Numbered from the stretch's first letter, positions 10,401-20,811 are shown. The stretch: DNA of 64,000 nt from a virus (IMGVR_UViG_3300010167_001484:32001-96000); one strand, 5' to 3'. Program-made: numbers and translations. Notes: a model not told the origin generated them from the letters alone.

Positions 10401-11930
10401 ATGGCTGTGATTGAATTAAAATTTTCAACTGAACATAAATTAGATAGTAAAATAGCTATACCATTAATTCCTAGTAAAATTGATGTTAATAAATTAATAA
10501 CTGATATAACTTCTGATAAAATATTGTTTATCCCTTTCAATAATTCTATATGGGCATGGACGGAAAATTCTGATAATGATTATGTAAATCATATAGTTTG
10601 TACTATGGTACAGCAATGGAAAGAATTAACAGGTATAGATAATTGTATGTGTTATAATAGTCTACATGATTGGCCTGAATGGTTTCCATTCACGGATACA
10701 CATCCTATAGATTCAATTAATCAGCATTATCGTTATAGAATATGTTTATTTGATGATTGTGATGAAACACAGGAGCAGAGTGAAGATCATGATTATTGTG
10801 ATTGGTTTAATTATGATGTAACAAATCATAGAAGAATTTGTAATATCTGCAATCGTACAGAAGATCAAGTACACATCTGGCCTAATACATGGATTGATTT
10901 TGATGTAACAAATCATAGCCGTAATTGTAATCTAGATACCTGTAATAGGCAACAATTGAATGCACATACTTGGATCAATTTTACAGGAGGTAATAGTGCT
11001 GTCAATCACAGATGTCCAACTTGTTTAGGAGAATATGTTCATATATGGCCTAATTGGCCTGCATTTACAAATACTCATCCATCAAATGCAGCAAATCAAC
11101 ATTATCGTGTTAGGACATGTTCTACTTCAGGATGTAATCAACAACAGAATGAAAGTCAAAATCATGTATGGGGTAATTGGGGAGCATGGTCAACTTCTGG
11201 TTCAAACAGAGTTAGAAGTAGAGCTTGTACAACTTGTAATAGAAGTCAGAGTGAATCTGTTCCTATTGTAACATATAATTATACTGGAGGAGCTCAAACA
11301 TATACAGCTCCTAGAGCTGGTACGTTTCAATTTCAAGTATATGGTGCTGCAGGAGGTAATGGTGGTAATGGTGGTTATGCTATTGGTAATTATTCCCTTA
11401 GTGCAAATCAAGTTATAAATATTTATGTTGGCGGTGCAGGTAATGCTGGTGCTACTAATCGTTCTGGGGGATGGAATGGTGGTGGAGGTGTTAATGCTGC
11501 ATATTCTGATGGTAATAATGGAACAGGTGGAGGCGGTACAGATATTCGTGTAGGAGGTACTGCACTTGGAAATAGGGTCATTGTTGCAGGAGGTGGAGGT
11601 GGAGGTGTAGGAGGTACAATTAGTACTGTAGGACATGGAGGAGGTATTAGCGGAACAGCTGCTACAGGTAATGCTAGTTATCCCGGTACTGCTAATGGGG
11701 GAACACAATCTGCAGGAGGTACAGGTACTAGAGCTAATGGTGCATTAGGAGTAGGAGGTACATCTGCTAGAGCTGGTGGCGGCGGAGGTTATTATGGCGG
11801 CGGAGTATCAGGAGGTACTGGTTATTATGGCGGCGGAGGTTCTGGATATACTGGAGGTGTAAGTAGTGGTAGTATGTCTAATGGAAGTAGGGCCGGTAAT
11901 GGTGCAGCTGTTATAACATTTGTTGGATAG
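10401..11930 (+). CDS. Glycine-rich fibre/adhesin-like protein with His/Cys repeat stalk
   Basis: H.W..W...H.R.C..C repeats, then YNYTGGAQTY..P.AG.F.F.VYGAAGG glycine-rich domain homologous to 3783 N-terminus. Confidence 0.7.
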   Translation: MAVIELKFSTEHKLDSKIAIPLIPSKIDVNKLITDITSDKILFIPFNNSIWAWTENSDNDYVNHIVCTMVQQWKELTGIDNCMCYNSLHDWPEWFPFTDTHPIDSINQHYRYRICLFDDCDETQEQSEDHDYCDWFNYDVTNHRRICNICNRTEDQVHIWPNTWIDFDVTNHSRNCNLDTCNRQQLNAHTWINFTGGNSAVNHRCPTCLGEYVHIWPNWPAFTNTHPSNAANQHYRVRTCSTSGCNQQQNESQNHVWGNWGAWSTSGSNRVRSRACTTCNRSQSESVPIVTYNYTGGAQTYTAPRAGTFQFQVYGAAGGNGGNGGYAIGNYSLSANQVINIYVGGAGNAGATNRSGGWNGGGGVNAAYSDGNNGTGGGGTDIRVGGTALGNRVIVAGGGGGGVGGTISTVGHGGGISGTAATGNASYPGTANGGTQSAGGTGTRANGALGVGGTSARAGGGGGYYGGGVSGGTGYYGGGGSGYTGGVSSGSMSNGSRAGNGAAVITFVG

Positions 11931-11949
11931 TTATAATTATTTTATTCTG

Positions 11950-11976
11950 ATAGAGTTAATTCTAAATTAGCTCTAT
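11950..11976 (+). terminator. Putative terminator hairpin
   Basis: atagagttaat..attagctctat inverted repeat after stop. Confidence 0.55.
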
Positions 11977-11990
11977 ATATTTGGATAAAA

Positions 11991-12001
11991 TTTCGTTATT
12001 A
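11991..12001 (+). promoter_or_regulatory. Phage promoter motif TTTCGTTATTA
   Basis: Copy of repeated motif. Confidence 0.65.
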
Positions 12002-12033
12002 TATAATAGATAAAAGAGTAAGGAGTAATTGAT

Positions 12034-12279
12034 ATGTATATAGATAGAAGAAAGGTTCGACAAGAGATAAAAGCATGGAAATTACAGAGTGGTCTAGGAA
12101 ATCTTAGAAAAGTTCAATTTAAAATCAATAATACTACAGGTACAGTTCAGATTTTTGCAAGCAGACCAGGCTATTTGATAGGTAGAGGTGGTAAACTCTA
12201 TGAAGAATATAAGAATAAGATGAAGATATTAGGAGTATCTAATATAGAAATAGTTGAAGTAGAGGATATGTTGATATGA
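12034..12279 (+). CDS. Stand-alone type II KH domain protein (ribosomal protein S3-like)
   Basis: VQIFASRPGYLIGRGG matches S3 IHTARPG.VIG.KG GxxG loop. Confidence 0.7.
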   Translation: MYIDRRKVRQEIKAWKLQSGLGNLRKVQFKINNTTGTVQIFASRPGYLIGRGGKLYEEYKNKMKILGVSNIEIVEVEDMLI

Positions 12280-12800
12280 AGATTATTAAAGTTATAAAAT
12301 GTAAAAAGGGCGGTAATATTGTTGTAGATAAAACGATTAAAAATTTAGATAAAGAATCTATCAATGCTACTATTAGTATTGTAGGAAGTGCTAATATACC
12401 TATGGATGGTATTTGGTGGTATATTGATTCTGAAGATAAATTCATAATATATAGTGAAAAGGTAACAATTGATAGACATATTATAATATCTGGTGGATTT
12501 TTACATGAAGAAGAATGGAAACATATATGTGATAAGTATAAGGTTAATGATCGTATTGTATCCTATACTTATTTTCCTCGTGGTAGAATAGCAATAACAC
12601 CTGAAATAGATGATGAAGGTAATTTTATAAAATTTGATTGCAAAGTATATGGTGATCCTTGTGTACTTTGTGATGAAGATTTGAAAGATAGGATTGAGAA
12701 TGAATTTAATTTATTTGTATCTAGATGTGAGGTTGAGTATTGCGGTGATTGGTATATAGATGGTTCACACTATGTTTGCCATCAGTGTAAAGGGAATTAG
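12276..12800 (+). CDS. Hypothetical protein, paralogue of 29903
   Basis: Shared G.(W/F)W.ID, H...W, Y.YFPRGR, HY.C motifs. Confidence 0.65.
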   Translation: MKIIKVIKCKKGGNIVVDKTIKNLDKESINATISIVGSANIPMDGIWWYIDSEDKFIIYSEKVTIDRHIIISGGFLHEEEWKHICDKYKVNDRIVSYTYFPRGRIAITPEIDDEGNFIKFDCKVYGDPCVLCDEDLKDRIENEFNLFVSRCEVEYCGDWYIDGSHYVCHQCKGN

Positions 12801-12801
12801 T

Positions 12802-13044
12802 ATGAATCCTATTGAATATTTAGGTCTAGTTGCATCTGTGATTGTATTCATATCATTCACATTTAGAGATCCTGTTAAAATTAGAATTGTAAATTCTATA
12901 GGAACAATATTATTCACATATTATGCTATAGTGATGAATACTTTTGCAGTATTAGTTCTTAATTTCGGATTACTTATACTTCAAGCGGTATATATTATAA
13001 GAGATATAAGAGCAAGGCGGAATAAGAGAAAAGGAGAAGATTAA
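12802..13044 (+). CDS. Small 3-TM membrane protein (YgjV/PQ-loop-like)
   Basis: EYLGLVAS..VFISF....KIRIVNSIG..LF..YA pattern. Confidence 0.6.
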   Translation: MNPIEYLGLVASVIVFISFTFRDPVKIRIVNSIGTILFTYYAIVMNTFAVLVLNFGLLILQAVYIIRDIRARRNKRKGED

Positions 13045-13047
13045 TCA

Positions 13048-13341
13048 ATGAGTAAGAGTATCAAGAACTTTAATCCGGGAGATCGTAACCAAGTAAGAAA
13101 GATTATAGAAGAATGTGACAGTTGGGATGGTTATCATGGTACAAATGTAGATGGTGATGAAGTATGGTTATTTGTACAGAAGGATCAAGGATTAGTTATC
13201 AAAACAAAACATGCTGCAAAACCGAAGTGGTGGGAATGTGTTAGTTATGATGCTGATGGTGATCCTGAAGGTGTAACATATGAACCTACAGCTGAGTTAG
13301 AAGAAACTATGGAAGATATCAAAAGAAGACGGGTGAGTTAG
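13048..13341 (+). CDS. Hypothetical protein
   Basis: RBS aggag. Confidence 0.6.
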   Translation: MSKSIKNFNPGDRNQVRKIIEECDSWDGYHGTNVDGDEVWLFVQKDQGLVIKTKHAAKPKWWECVSYDADGDPEGVTYEPTAELEETMEDIKRRRVS

Positions 13342-13346
13342 TACTA

Positions 13347-13571
13347 ATGATTGATTCGGGATATAGAGGTTTGATATATGGATACATTCCTATATGTGAT
13401 GGATGTTATGATGAAGCTGAATCTGAAGAATCTTTTGAAGATGCTGTGCAAGCTATAAGAGATTATGGTTGGCAAACTATAAGAAATGAAGAAGATACAG
13501 ATTGGTTGAATTATTGTCCTGATTGCGAAATCGCATTATCTGAAGGTGATTCTATACTTCTTTTAATCTAG
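13347..13571 (+). CDS. Small zinc-binding protein
   Basis: CDGC...GW...YCPDC. Confidence 0.6.
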   Translation: MIDSGYRGLIYGYIPICDGCYDEAESEESFEDAVQAIRDYGWQTIRNEEDTDWLNYCPDCEIALSEGDSILLLI

Positions 13572-13588
13572 TAAATTGATAGTTAGAG

Positions 13589-13708
13589 GTGAGTAATATA
13601 ACTAGATTCTTGATGCGAATTGTGTGGAATATACCGCTAGGTAAGTTTGCCCCTTATCTCTTAGGTATCGCTTTAAGAAGCACACCTAGGAGGATAGATA
13701 AAAGGTAA
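13589..13708 (+). CDS. Putative 39-aa peptide not in ORF track
   Basis: GTG..TAA, MSNITRFLMRIVWNIPLGKFAPYLLGIALRSTPRRIDKR; fills the gap. Confidence 0.35.
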   Translation: MSNITRFLMRIVWNIPLGKFAPYLLGIALRSTPRRIDKR

Positions 13709-13770
13709 TATTCTCATTTAATACACATTTAGCTCATTAAAGCGAATACATAGAGAGGAATTCTAAGAAT

Positions 13771-14103
13771 ATGGATATCGTGGTAACCATACCCAAATCA
13801 GAATATAGAAATGATGATATCGAAACTGAAGCATTTTTGAATAATGAAGATGCTTACCAATTTTGGACTTTGAATAAAGTACCCAAATCTCTAGATATAG
13901 GTGATAAAGTATATTTCATCAAGAACGGTTTAGTTGAATCTTCAATGAGAGTATTTGATATACAAAGAGATGTTGAACAGAAATGTGATATTACAGATAG
14001 GATCTGGAAAGGTGCCTGTATATTGTATTTAGATGATTTGAAATATCTTGATGAGGCAATTATATCAAAAGGATTCCAGGGATTCCGATATAGATGGTGG
14101 TAA
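13771..14103 (+). CDS. ASCH/EVE (PUA-like) domain protein
   Basis: QFW....P....GDKVYF..G and C-terminal KGFQGFRY. Confidence 0.5.
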   Translation: MDIVVTIPKSEYRNDDIETEAFLNNEDAYQFWTLNKVPKSLDIGDKVYFIKNGLVESSMRVFDIQRDVEQKCDITDRIWKGACILYLDDLKYLDEAIISKGFQGFRYRWW

Positions 14104-14193
14104 TAGAGGTATTTTTTACAACATTTTTGTCATACTAATATAATATGCGGATTGAAATAGCTATAGATGGTGGGAAGAGGTGTTAGCTGTATT

Positions 14194-14886
14194 ATGAATA
14201 GATTCATATTGTGTTGGAAACATTTTAAAACTATATGTAAACATAAATGGTATGTATTTTTAGAATGTAGAAAAATGGGAATCACTTGGCAAGGTATTAC
14301 ACATGATTTGAGTAAATTCTTACCTTCTGAATTTTGGTCTTCTGCTAAATATTGGACAGGTGTAGGATCACCTGTTGAGGCTGAACGCAATGCTATAGGA
14401 TACTCTTTAGCCTGGCGGTTTCATAAGGGTAGACCTCAAAATCGACATCATTGGCAGTGGTTCATAGATCCTGATGGTTGGGATGACGAAGGTAGAGTAA
14501 TATTAAATCCAGCTCCTATGCCTGAGAAATATATAAAAGAGATGGTCTGTGATATGCGAGGTGCAGCTAGAGCTTATGGTAGTGATACTGTGAAGTATTA
14601 TTTAGCTAAGCAGAAGGAGTGGGTTCTTCATCCTGATACAAAGAAACAGTTTGAATTTTTATTAGGAGTTACAGGGAGTAAATATTATATAAGTGCGTAC
14701 ACTGCAAAGGAAGCTACAGATATAGCAAAAGAACGAAATATATCTAGAGGTGGATGGGCATATATACCCTCTAATCCTTTAGAAGAATATACAAGAGAAA
14801 AGTTACTTAAAGGTTTAAAGGTTACACATCCTGATTATCTAATAGGTTATTTTACACAGGCAGAGCGAAGATATTTGTTTAAATAA
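14194..14886 (+). CDS. HD-superfamily protein (DUF5662-like)
   Basis: H.K.I.KHK..V...C...G...QG..HDLSK..P.EF; NRHHWQW; EMVCD. Confidence 0.7.
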   Translation: MNRFILCWKHFKTICKHKWYVFLECRKMGITWQGITHDLSKFLPSEFWSSAKYWTGVGSPVEAERNAIGYSLAWRFHKGRPQNRHHWQWFIDPDGWDDEGRVILNPAPMPEKYIKEMVCDMRGAARAYGSDTVKYYLAKQKEWVLHPDTKKQFEFLLGVTGSKYYISAYTAKEATDIAKERNISRGGWAYIPSNPLEEYTREKLLKGLKVTHPDYLIGYFTQAERRYLFK

Positions 14887-14897
14887 TTTCGTTATAG
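14887..14897 (+). promoter_or_regulatory. Phage promoter motif TTTCGTTATAG
   Basis: Exact copy directly after stop codon. Confidence 0.7.
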
Positions 14898-14914
14898 TAT
14901 ATTGTCATAAGGAG

Positions 14915-15364
14915 TTGAATATGATGAAAATAACTAAAAGAAGATATCCTATATTAGGAATGGCTAATGAACTGAAAGAAATAAGGCGTCAATTAGATGG
15001 AAAATCACAAGCTGTAATTGGACATCTTGTTAAATTATGTTTATATCCAAATAATGGACTTAAGAATCATTGGCGTACAGAAGTTTGGGCAATATTACAT
15101 AGGGTTCCTAAATATACAAAAACAAATAAACCACCTAAAGCTCAATTCATATTCAATAGTACTTGGGGAATAAATCATGATACTATTGACGGAGATATAG
15201 AATTAACAATCGATGAATATGGTGAGCCTGAAATTAGTGTTGAATTTGATGCCATATATAGTAGATTGTCTGATTATTTCAGCTGGATTGCTAATGAATT
15301 ATCTGATAGAATGATAATCTTAAAGAAAGATGTTTATGCTAAATTAGATGAATTAGGTATGTGA
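14915..15364 (+). CDS. DUF29-like helical protein
   Basis: VIGHLVKLCLYP....NHWRTEV resembles DUF29 HLLK..YQP....SW..I. Confidence 0.45.
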   Translation: MNMMKITKRRYPILGMANELKEIRRQLDGKSQAVIGHLVKLCLYPNNGLKNHWRTEVWAILHRVPKYTKTNKPPKAQFIFNSTWGINHDTIDGDIELTIDEYGEPEISVEFDAIYSRLSDYFSWIANELSDRMIILKKDVYAKLDELGM

Positions 15365-15370
15365 ATAAGG

Positions 15371-17458
15371 TTGAATATTATGAAAGAAAGAATTACATTT
15401 CCATCTATAGGTAAAGCATTATTTATTGATTTCAATAAATTCACTGATTGGTATAAATCTGACGGTGGATTTAATTGGTCATATATAGAGATTGATGGTA
15501 GAACAAACAACCATAGAATATACATCTATCCTAAACAAAGTATTATAGGCAACATGATTAGTGATGATTTATATAAACGTGATATAGATAGTAATTTCAA
15601 GAAAGATAGTCCACTAGCTTTTAGAGAGTATTTATTATTAGATAAGTTACAGACATATATCACTAGATTCGGAAGCAACTGGGATATACTATATACTGAT
15701 GATATTTTTACTATTATAAGATTTGGAGAAAATTCATTTCTTATTCTAAATCAATTTCTTAATCTACAATTATTTGAAACACATGAAAATTTAACATTAG
15801 GAGAGCTCAATAGTAAATTATACTTGAATAGTAACACTGACGATTCAAATTCACTTATAGCTAATGATTTATCTTTATCTTCCGTTAAATCTCAGAAGAA
15901 AGTTCAAACAGATGCAATAGATAATCTTCAAGATGATATTAAAGCAATTGAAAAAGAGCTTGACGATAAAATCCAAGCTTTACGTAATGAAGCACGGATT
16001 CAAAAACAGAAAATAGAACGTATGAAAACAAGTTTGCAGGTAAAGGTTGAAGAACTTCATACTCAAATTTTCATGCTCGAAACTCTTGTATATGCTGTAG
16101 AATGTAGATTAGGTGAAATTGTTGATTTTATGCAGCTCAGAGAAGGTGATGAAGCATCAATAGACACTCCACTAGTTATATTTCAGAAATTAAGATATCT
16201 TGATGAAGATTTGCCAATTTTTGCTTCAATATATAATTTTGAATTTAATGATAGTTATATATTTGAAGAATTGTTGCAGAATAGAGAAGATATTGTAGAA
16301 TATTTTTGCCCATCAGATAAATGTATATCTTTCATACGTATTTCTAAAACAGGAACAAATTTTAGTAAAGATTATGAGAATAATATCTTAAAAGAATATG
16401 ATATATTACACGGTAAAACTGTAGGGATACTTGTAAGAAATGGTGGTAATCTTTATTTTGCATGGACAGATGAGCATAGAATTTTATTACCTGATGGTAA
16501 TGTATTCTACACACCTGGAACATCCGAAGTTAATCTAGAGGATATTCCGAAGTCTAAGTATATTTTAGATAGTTTATCTGCAGAACAAGAAGCAGAGTTG
16601 TCAGAAGAGGAATATAAAGAGTATCAAGATAAGGATAAGATAACATATTATAAAGACAAATATGGTTGGGAAGGTCGAAAAGTAGCTTCTAAAGTATTTG
16701 TATTTTCTATTATACAAGGACTTCTAGATGATAAAAAACTTGTTGAAATTCCTGAAGAATTATCTCTTTTGTCTAAACCAAAATCATCTCAGTATTTGAT
16801 ATTTTCTTATGCTGATGGTACTTTAGAAGATAATAGATACGGTAATTTTTCAGATATATTAGAAAGATTGCAAGATAATCATAAATGGGGTGATACAATT
16901 TTATCAACTATATCTTTACACGATTATTCTACAAGTAATAGTTGGTCATATAGTAGATTTCAACGTTCGGTAGATGGTTCAAGTAGAACACATGATTGTG
17001 ATGTGAAAGATTGTACTATATATAGAATTAATTTAATCAAGCCTCAAGATAGACATTCTTATACAGAATATTATGTTTCACTTGAAAAACGTTGGTCTGA
17101 TTATGGAGCAAGAAGTAATTTCATGATTCAAAAAGATGAATTCATTAATTTAACCTTTCTTAATTCTGAATGGTTATATTATGCTATAATAAATAAAAAA
17201 GTAGGAAACTTTTCTATAAATGGTAAAGTTGTGAGTTATGCTCATGCTGTTAGATATCTTAAATATGCATATCAATATTTAAAAGAACGTGAAGTTTATG
17301 AACTTTCGTTAATTAAAAATTATTTACCTAATATTGAAGATGATAAAACATGGATGGTAGATTTGTCTGAATGGAAATTATTAAAGAATGTTAGAAATAT
17401 TACAGATTACCAAGCAAAGAGATTCGCGAAATTCCTAGAAGGTGGTAGAGTTTTATGA
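15371..17458 (+). CDS. Large hypothetical phage protein with coiled coil
   Basis: 695-aa ORF, heptad region near residues 175-240. Confidence 0.7.
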   Translation: MNIMKERITFPSIGKALFIDFNKFTDWYKSDGGFNWSYIEIDGRTNNHRIYIYPKQSIIGNMISDDLYKRDIDSNFKKDSPLAFREYLLLDKLQTYITRFGSNWDILYTDDIFTIIRFGENSFLILNQFLNLQLFETHENLTLGELNSKLYLNSNTDDSNSLIANDLSLSSVKSQKKVQTDAIDNLQDDIKAIEKELDDKIQALRNEARIQKQKIERMKTSLQVKVEELHTQIFMLETLVYAVECRLGEIVDFMQLREGDEASIDTPLVIFQKLRYLDEDLPIFASIYNFEFNDSYIFEELLQNREDIVEYFCPSDKCISFIRISKTGTNFSKDYENNILKEYDILHGKTVGILVRNGGNLYFAWTDEHRILLPDGNVFYTPGTSEVNLEDIPKSKYILDSLSAEQEAELSEEEYKEYQDKDKITYYKDKYGWEGRKVASKVFVFSIIQGLLDDKKLVEIPEELSLLSKPKSSQYLIFSYADGTLEDNRYGNFSDILERLQDNHKWGDTILSTISLHDYSTSNSWSYSRFQRSVDGSSRTHDCDVKDCTIYRINLIKPQDRHSYTEYYVSLEKRWSDYGARSNFMIQKDEFINLTFLNSEWLYYAIINKKVGNFSINGKVVSYAHAVRYLKYAYQYLKEREVYELSLIKNYLPNIEDDKTWMVDLSEWKLLKNVRNITDYQAKRFAKFLEGGRVL

Positions 17459-17730
17459 AGAAGTTATATTTGATATTTATTGTATTGTCATTGTTATTTT
17501 TATTAGTGTCAGGATGTCGTAATATGGGGGCAAGATCTTTTGGAGGTACAACCGAATTAGATCTTCCACCGAATACAAAACTTGTTAATATAACTTGGAA
17601 AGATGATGATCTTTGGTATCTTACTAGACCTATGAGAGATGATGAATTTCCTGAAGAATATAGATTTGATGCTTCGACAAATTTTGGAGTATTTGAAGGT
17701 ACTGTGATTGTTAGAGAATATGCTGAATAA
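17455..17730 (+). CDS. Putative phage lipoprotein
   Basis: MKK + hydrophobic helix + lipobox VSGC. Confidence 0.7.
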   Translation: MKKLYLIFIVLSLLFLLVSGCRNMGARSFGGTTELDLPPNTKLVNITWKDDDLWYLTRPMRDDEFPEEYRFDASTNFGVFEGTVIVREYAE

Positions 17731-17741
17731 GGGAGTTATAG

Positions 17742-18029
17742 ATGAATAGTAAAATAATACACATTAAGTTACCGAATGATTTCTTTGAGGGACCTGATCC
17801 CTTTGGTTGTGTTCAGGTAATACAACAACTTCAAGCTAAAGTAGAACAACATGGTGAACCTGGAGAATATTGTTGTATTGCTACACCTTTTGATATTAAG
17901 TGTTTAAATGATAAGGAAGCTATATTGACAGTATCCCATATATTAGATACATTGTTGTTAGAAGAGCATCTTAAAGATGGTTTAAAACAGATTTTAGAAA
18001 GGATATTGAAGGAGTTAGATGATGAATAG
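17742..18029 (+). CDS. Hypothetical protein
   Basis: RBS gggag. Confidence 0.6.
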   Translation: MNSKIIHIKLPNDFFEGPDPFGCVQVIQQLQAKVEQHGEPGEYCCIATPFDIKCLNDKEAILTVSHILDTLLLEEHLKDGLKQILERILKELDDE

Positions 18030-18378
18030 TATTACTCAAATCTGTTTAACCTGTGGTGGAGGTGTGAATGGAAATTGTGTATGTGACAAAAGACGTATGG
18101 CAATATGTTTAGTAGATAATGAGCGAAATCGTCAAACGGAACTCTGGGGAGATGTATATTATGATAGTTATAGTCAAGCGATATGTACTCTGGGAGAAGA
18201 ATTTGGAGAATTGTGTGAAGCTATTAATGAAACATTATCATCTAAACCAAAAAGACCTGAGCTTGCAGGTATAGATAATATCATAAAAGAAGCTACACAG
18301 GTTGCAGCAGTTGCAGTTAAATTTATTGAGCAATTGATTATGGAACAATCTAATAAGGAAGATTCTGAAGATGTTTGA
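18019..18378 (+). CDS. MazG-like nucleotide pyrophosphohydrolase
   Basis: LGEEFGELCEA...KEATQVAAVA. Confidence 0.75.
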   Translation: MMNSITQICLTCGGGVNGNCVCDKRRMAICLVDNERNRQTELWGDVYYDSYSQAICTLGEEFGELCEAINETLSSKPKRPELAGIDNIIKEATQVAAVAVKFIEQLIMEQSNKEDSEDV

Positions 18379-18778
18379 AACTAATCATCCACTATTATTC
18401 TGTGGTATTATAGATAATAAGAATCAATTACCTGCAGAAAATTTAAAACCAGGTCAATATTATTATGACAAAACTTCAGAATCTATGCAAGTATATAATG
18501 GTAATACTTTTGAAGAAGTGTGTATCAAACCTATGCTAAGAAAATATGATCTTGCAACTAATAATTTTGAATTACAACTGATTGATGTGTATTTACAAGT
18601 AAGCAATGAACTTCGTGATGATAGATTTGTTTGTGCAAATTGTTTGAATATTTTTTCAAAATACGAAAAACATAATTCTATCAGATGGGCTTCTCTAGAT
18701 GATTTACCTTATATTGTATGCACAGATTGTTCAACAGCTGAAGTAGATGAAAAGAGTAGATATGCTAAGGGAAGATAA
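18371..18778 (+). CDS. Hypothetical protein with C-terminal zinc finger
   Basis: CANC...CTDC. Confidence 0.6.
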   Translation: MFETNHPLLFCGIIDNKNQLPAENLKPGQYYYDKTSESMQVYNGNTFEEVCIKPMLRKYDLATNNFELQLIDVYLQVSNELRDDRFVCANCLNIFSKYEKHNSIRWASLDDLPYIVCTDCSTAEVDEKSRYAKGR

Positions 18779-18789
18779 CCTTTAATAAA
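18777..18789 (+). promoter_or_regulatory. Putative late-class promoter AACCTTTAATAAA (near-leaderless)
   Basis: Motif 7 nt before ATG 18796, which has no obvious RBS. Confidence 0.45.
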
Positions 18790-18795
18790 TATGTT

Positions 18796-19737
18796 ATGAA
18801 TATTATAAAAGCTTCTGAAATTAAATTTAGTCCTCGTAATCTATACGGGGTTAAATATTATGTTACAAAAGAAAAGGACTCAGATAGTAGTAGATATTCT
18901 GTAGTCCAAAGAGAGGAATATGGTGATTACAAATTTTACATACGTATATGGGAGAATCATCAATGGGTATATCCTAGCGGACGTAGTTGGTGGACTGCTT
19001 GTGATGGTTTTCCAACACTCAAAGCTGCTGCACATTGGTTAAGTCAGCATGATTGGAAGAATGGCACATCTAATTTCATTGAAATGGATGAATCATTCAA
19101 TGAGAATTATAAGAAAGATTTCATAGAAGCTATGGAATTATTTGGATTTCAACGTACAGATGATCCTTTCTATGATAAAGATGATTTAGTATATGATTAT
19201 TCTGAAGATAAATCAGATAACATTTTAGATGGATATATCAGAATTAGAGTTCTGTATTATGAAGAAGGGCCTCATGTTACATATTGGATCAATGGGAAAC
19301 GAGTTCAAGAATATGAATCTCCTAATATTGAACAAATTATCCAACATATAGAAAAAACACTTAAGAAGTATGGATATAGTGATTTAATCAAGGCGGGATT
19401 AGTTCCTACATATAATCGTAGTAAAATAATGGCTGCGATCAATACGAGAAATCTTGCAGAAAATCTTATAAGAGTACGTTCTTCTAATTTGTGGTCTTAT
19501 TGTATTAATATTAAAAACTACGGCGACAGAAATGGTGATGTCTTAGTTCAGTACAAAGCTACTAATGGAGGGCCTGGAGATATATATATTTATTATGCAG
19601 TGCCAGTCAAGATTTGGAGAAAGTTTGTGTCTGCTCCAAGTAAAGGACACTTTGTATGGAAATATATACGAAATGTGTACCGTTACTCCAAGTTGACGGG
19701 GGATAAACGTGGTCGCTTACCCAATGCAATAAACTAA
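18796..19737 (+). CDS. KTSC domain-containing protein
   Basis: C-terminal VRSSNL.SY....LVQYK...IYIYYAVP..IWRKFVSAPSKG.F....IR..Y.Y. Confidence 0.7.
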   Translation: MNIIKASEIKFSPRNLYGVKYYVTKEKDSDSSRYSVVQREEYGDYKFYIRIWENHQWVYPSGRSWWTACDGFPTLKAAAHWLSQHDWKNGTSNFIEMDESFNENYKKDFIEAMELFGFQRTDDPFYDKDDLVYDYSEDKSDNILDGYIRIRVLYYEEGPHVTYWINGKRVQEYESPNIEQIIQHIEKTLKKYGYSDLIKAGLVPTYNRSKIMAAINTRNLAENLIRVRSSNLWSYCINIKNYGDRNGDVLVQYKATNGGPGDIYIYYAVPVKIWRKFVSAPSKGHFVWKYIRNVYRYSKLTGDKRGRLPNAIN

Positions 19738-19772
19738 TTTATAAATTAGTAAATATCAAGGATATAAATATT

Positions 19773-20798
19773 ATGCCTAAAATTTTAAATGAATCCGATG
19801 TAGATATATATAATATGTTTGCTTATATCTATAGAGTACATTATCCAACAGGTCATATGTATATAGGGGCAATTGCTGCGAAGAAATTTAATCCAAGATA
19901 TACAGGTTCTGGAGGTAGAAGGTTTCATGAAATTGATGATATCTATAAAGAAAGTGCTGAGATTGAGATTCTTGAAGTAATATATGAGCCGGATGGTCAT
20001 GATTTCAAGAATGAGCGTGAGAAGTATTGGATAGCATTTTATGGTGCACAGAATTCTGATGATTATTTGAATGTTAGACCTGGTGGGGAAGGAATTTGTT
20101 ATAAAGATTATATGACCGAAGAATCTATGAGACAGCGAGCTATTAATCAAGGTAATTCATTAAGACAATTTTATACAACTGCAGAAGGTAGACGTAAATT
20201 AGAAGAAAGGTCTGCTAAAATTCAAACATATTTTCAAACACCAGAAGGTATATTGTGTAAACAAATTATGTTAGAAAAGAATAAAGGTAGTAATAATCCT
20301 ATGTATGGCGTAAGTTTATCAGGTGAAAAGAATGGAATGTATGGTAAAAATCATACAGAAGAATCTAAGAAAAAGATATCAGATAATATTAAAGCACATT
20401 ATGCATCTCCAGAAGGTGTTGTAACAAAGGCGAGACTATCAGAAATAGCTAAATCTAGAAGTGTATCTGATGAACTCAGACAAAGATTATCTGATATGTA
20501 TACAGGACTTATACCTATGTATAAAGATGATGTAGAAATAAGAATATCTATTGATAATGTTGAGGAATATAAAAACTTAGGATTCCAAGAGGGTAGAAGT
20601 TCAAAAACTTTGAATAATATGTCTAAAGCTAAGAAAGGTAAAATAACTGTGAATGACGGTATTAATTATATCTATATTGATGTGTCTGAATTAACACTGT
20701 ATGAATCTAGAGGATACACTAGAGGTATACCAGAATCCGTAAGACAAGCTAGAAGAGATGGACATATTAGAAATAGAGCAGCTAAAGTTAATACATAG
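19773..20798 (+). CDS. GIY-YIG homing endonuclease with NUMOD3 repeats
   Basis: YIYR....MYIG, Y.GSG, REKYWI, YLN; GEKNGMYGKNHTEESKKKIS. Confidence 0.85.
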   Translation: MPKILNESDVDIYNMFAYIYRVHYPTGHMYIGAIAAKKFNPRYTGSGGRRFHEIDDIYKESAEIEILEVIYEPDGHDFKNEREKYWIAFYGAQNSDDYLNVRPGGEGICYKDYMTEESMRQRAINQGNSLRQFYTTAEGRRKLEERSAKIQTYFQTPEGILCKQIMLEKNKGSNNPMYGVSLSGEKNGMYGKNHTEESKKKISDNIKAHYASPEGVVTKARLSEIAKSRSVSDELRQRLSDMYTGLIPMYKDDVEIRISIDNVEEYKNLGFQEGRSSKTLNNMSKAKKGKITVNDGINYIYIDVSELTLYESRGYTRGIPESVRQARRDGHIRNRAAKVNT

Positions 20799-20811
20799 AA
20801 GGTGATGTATT

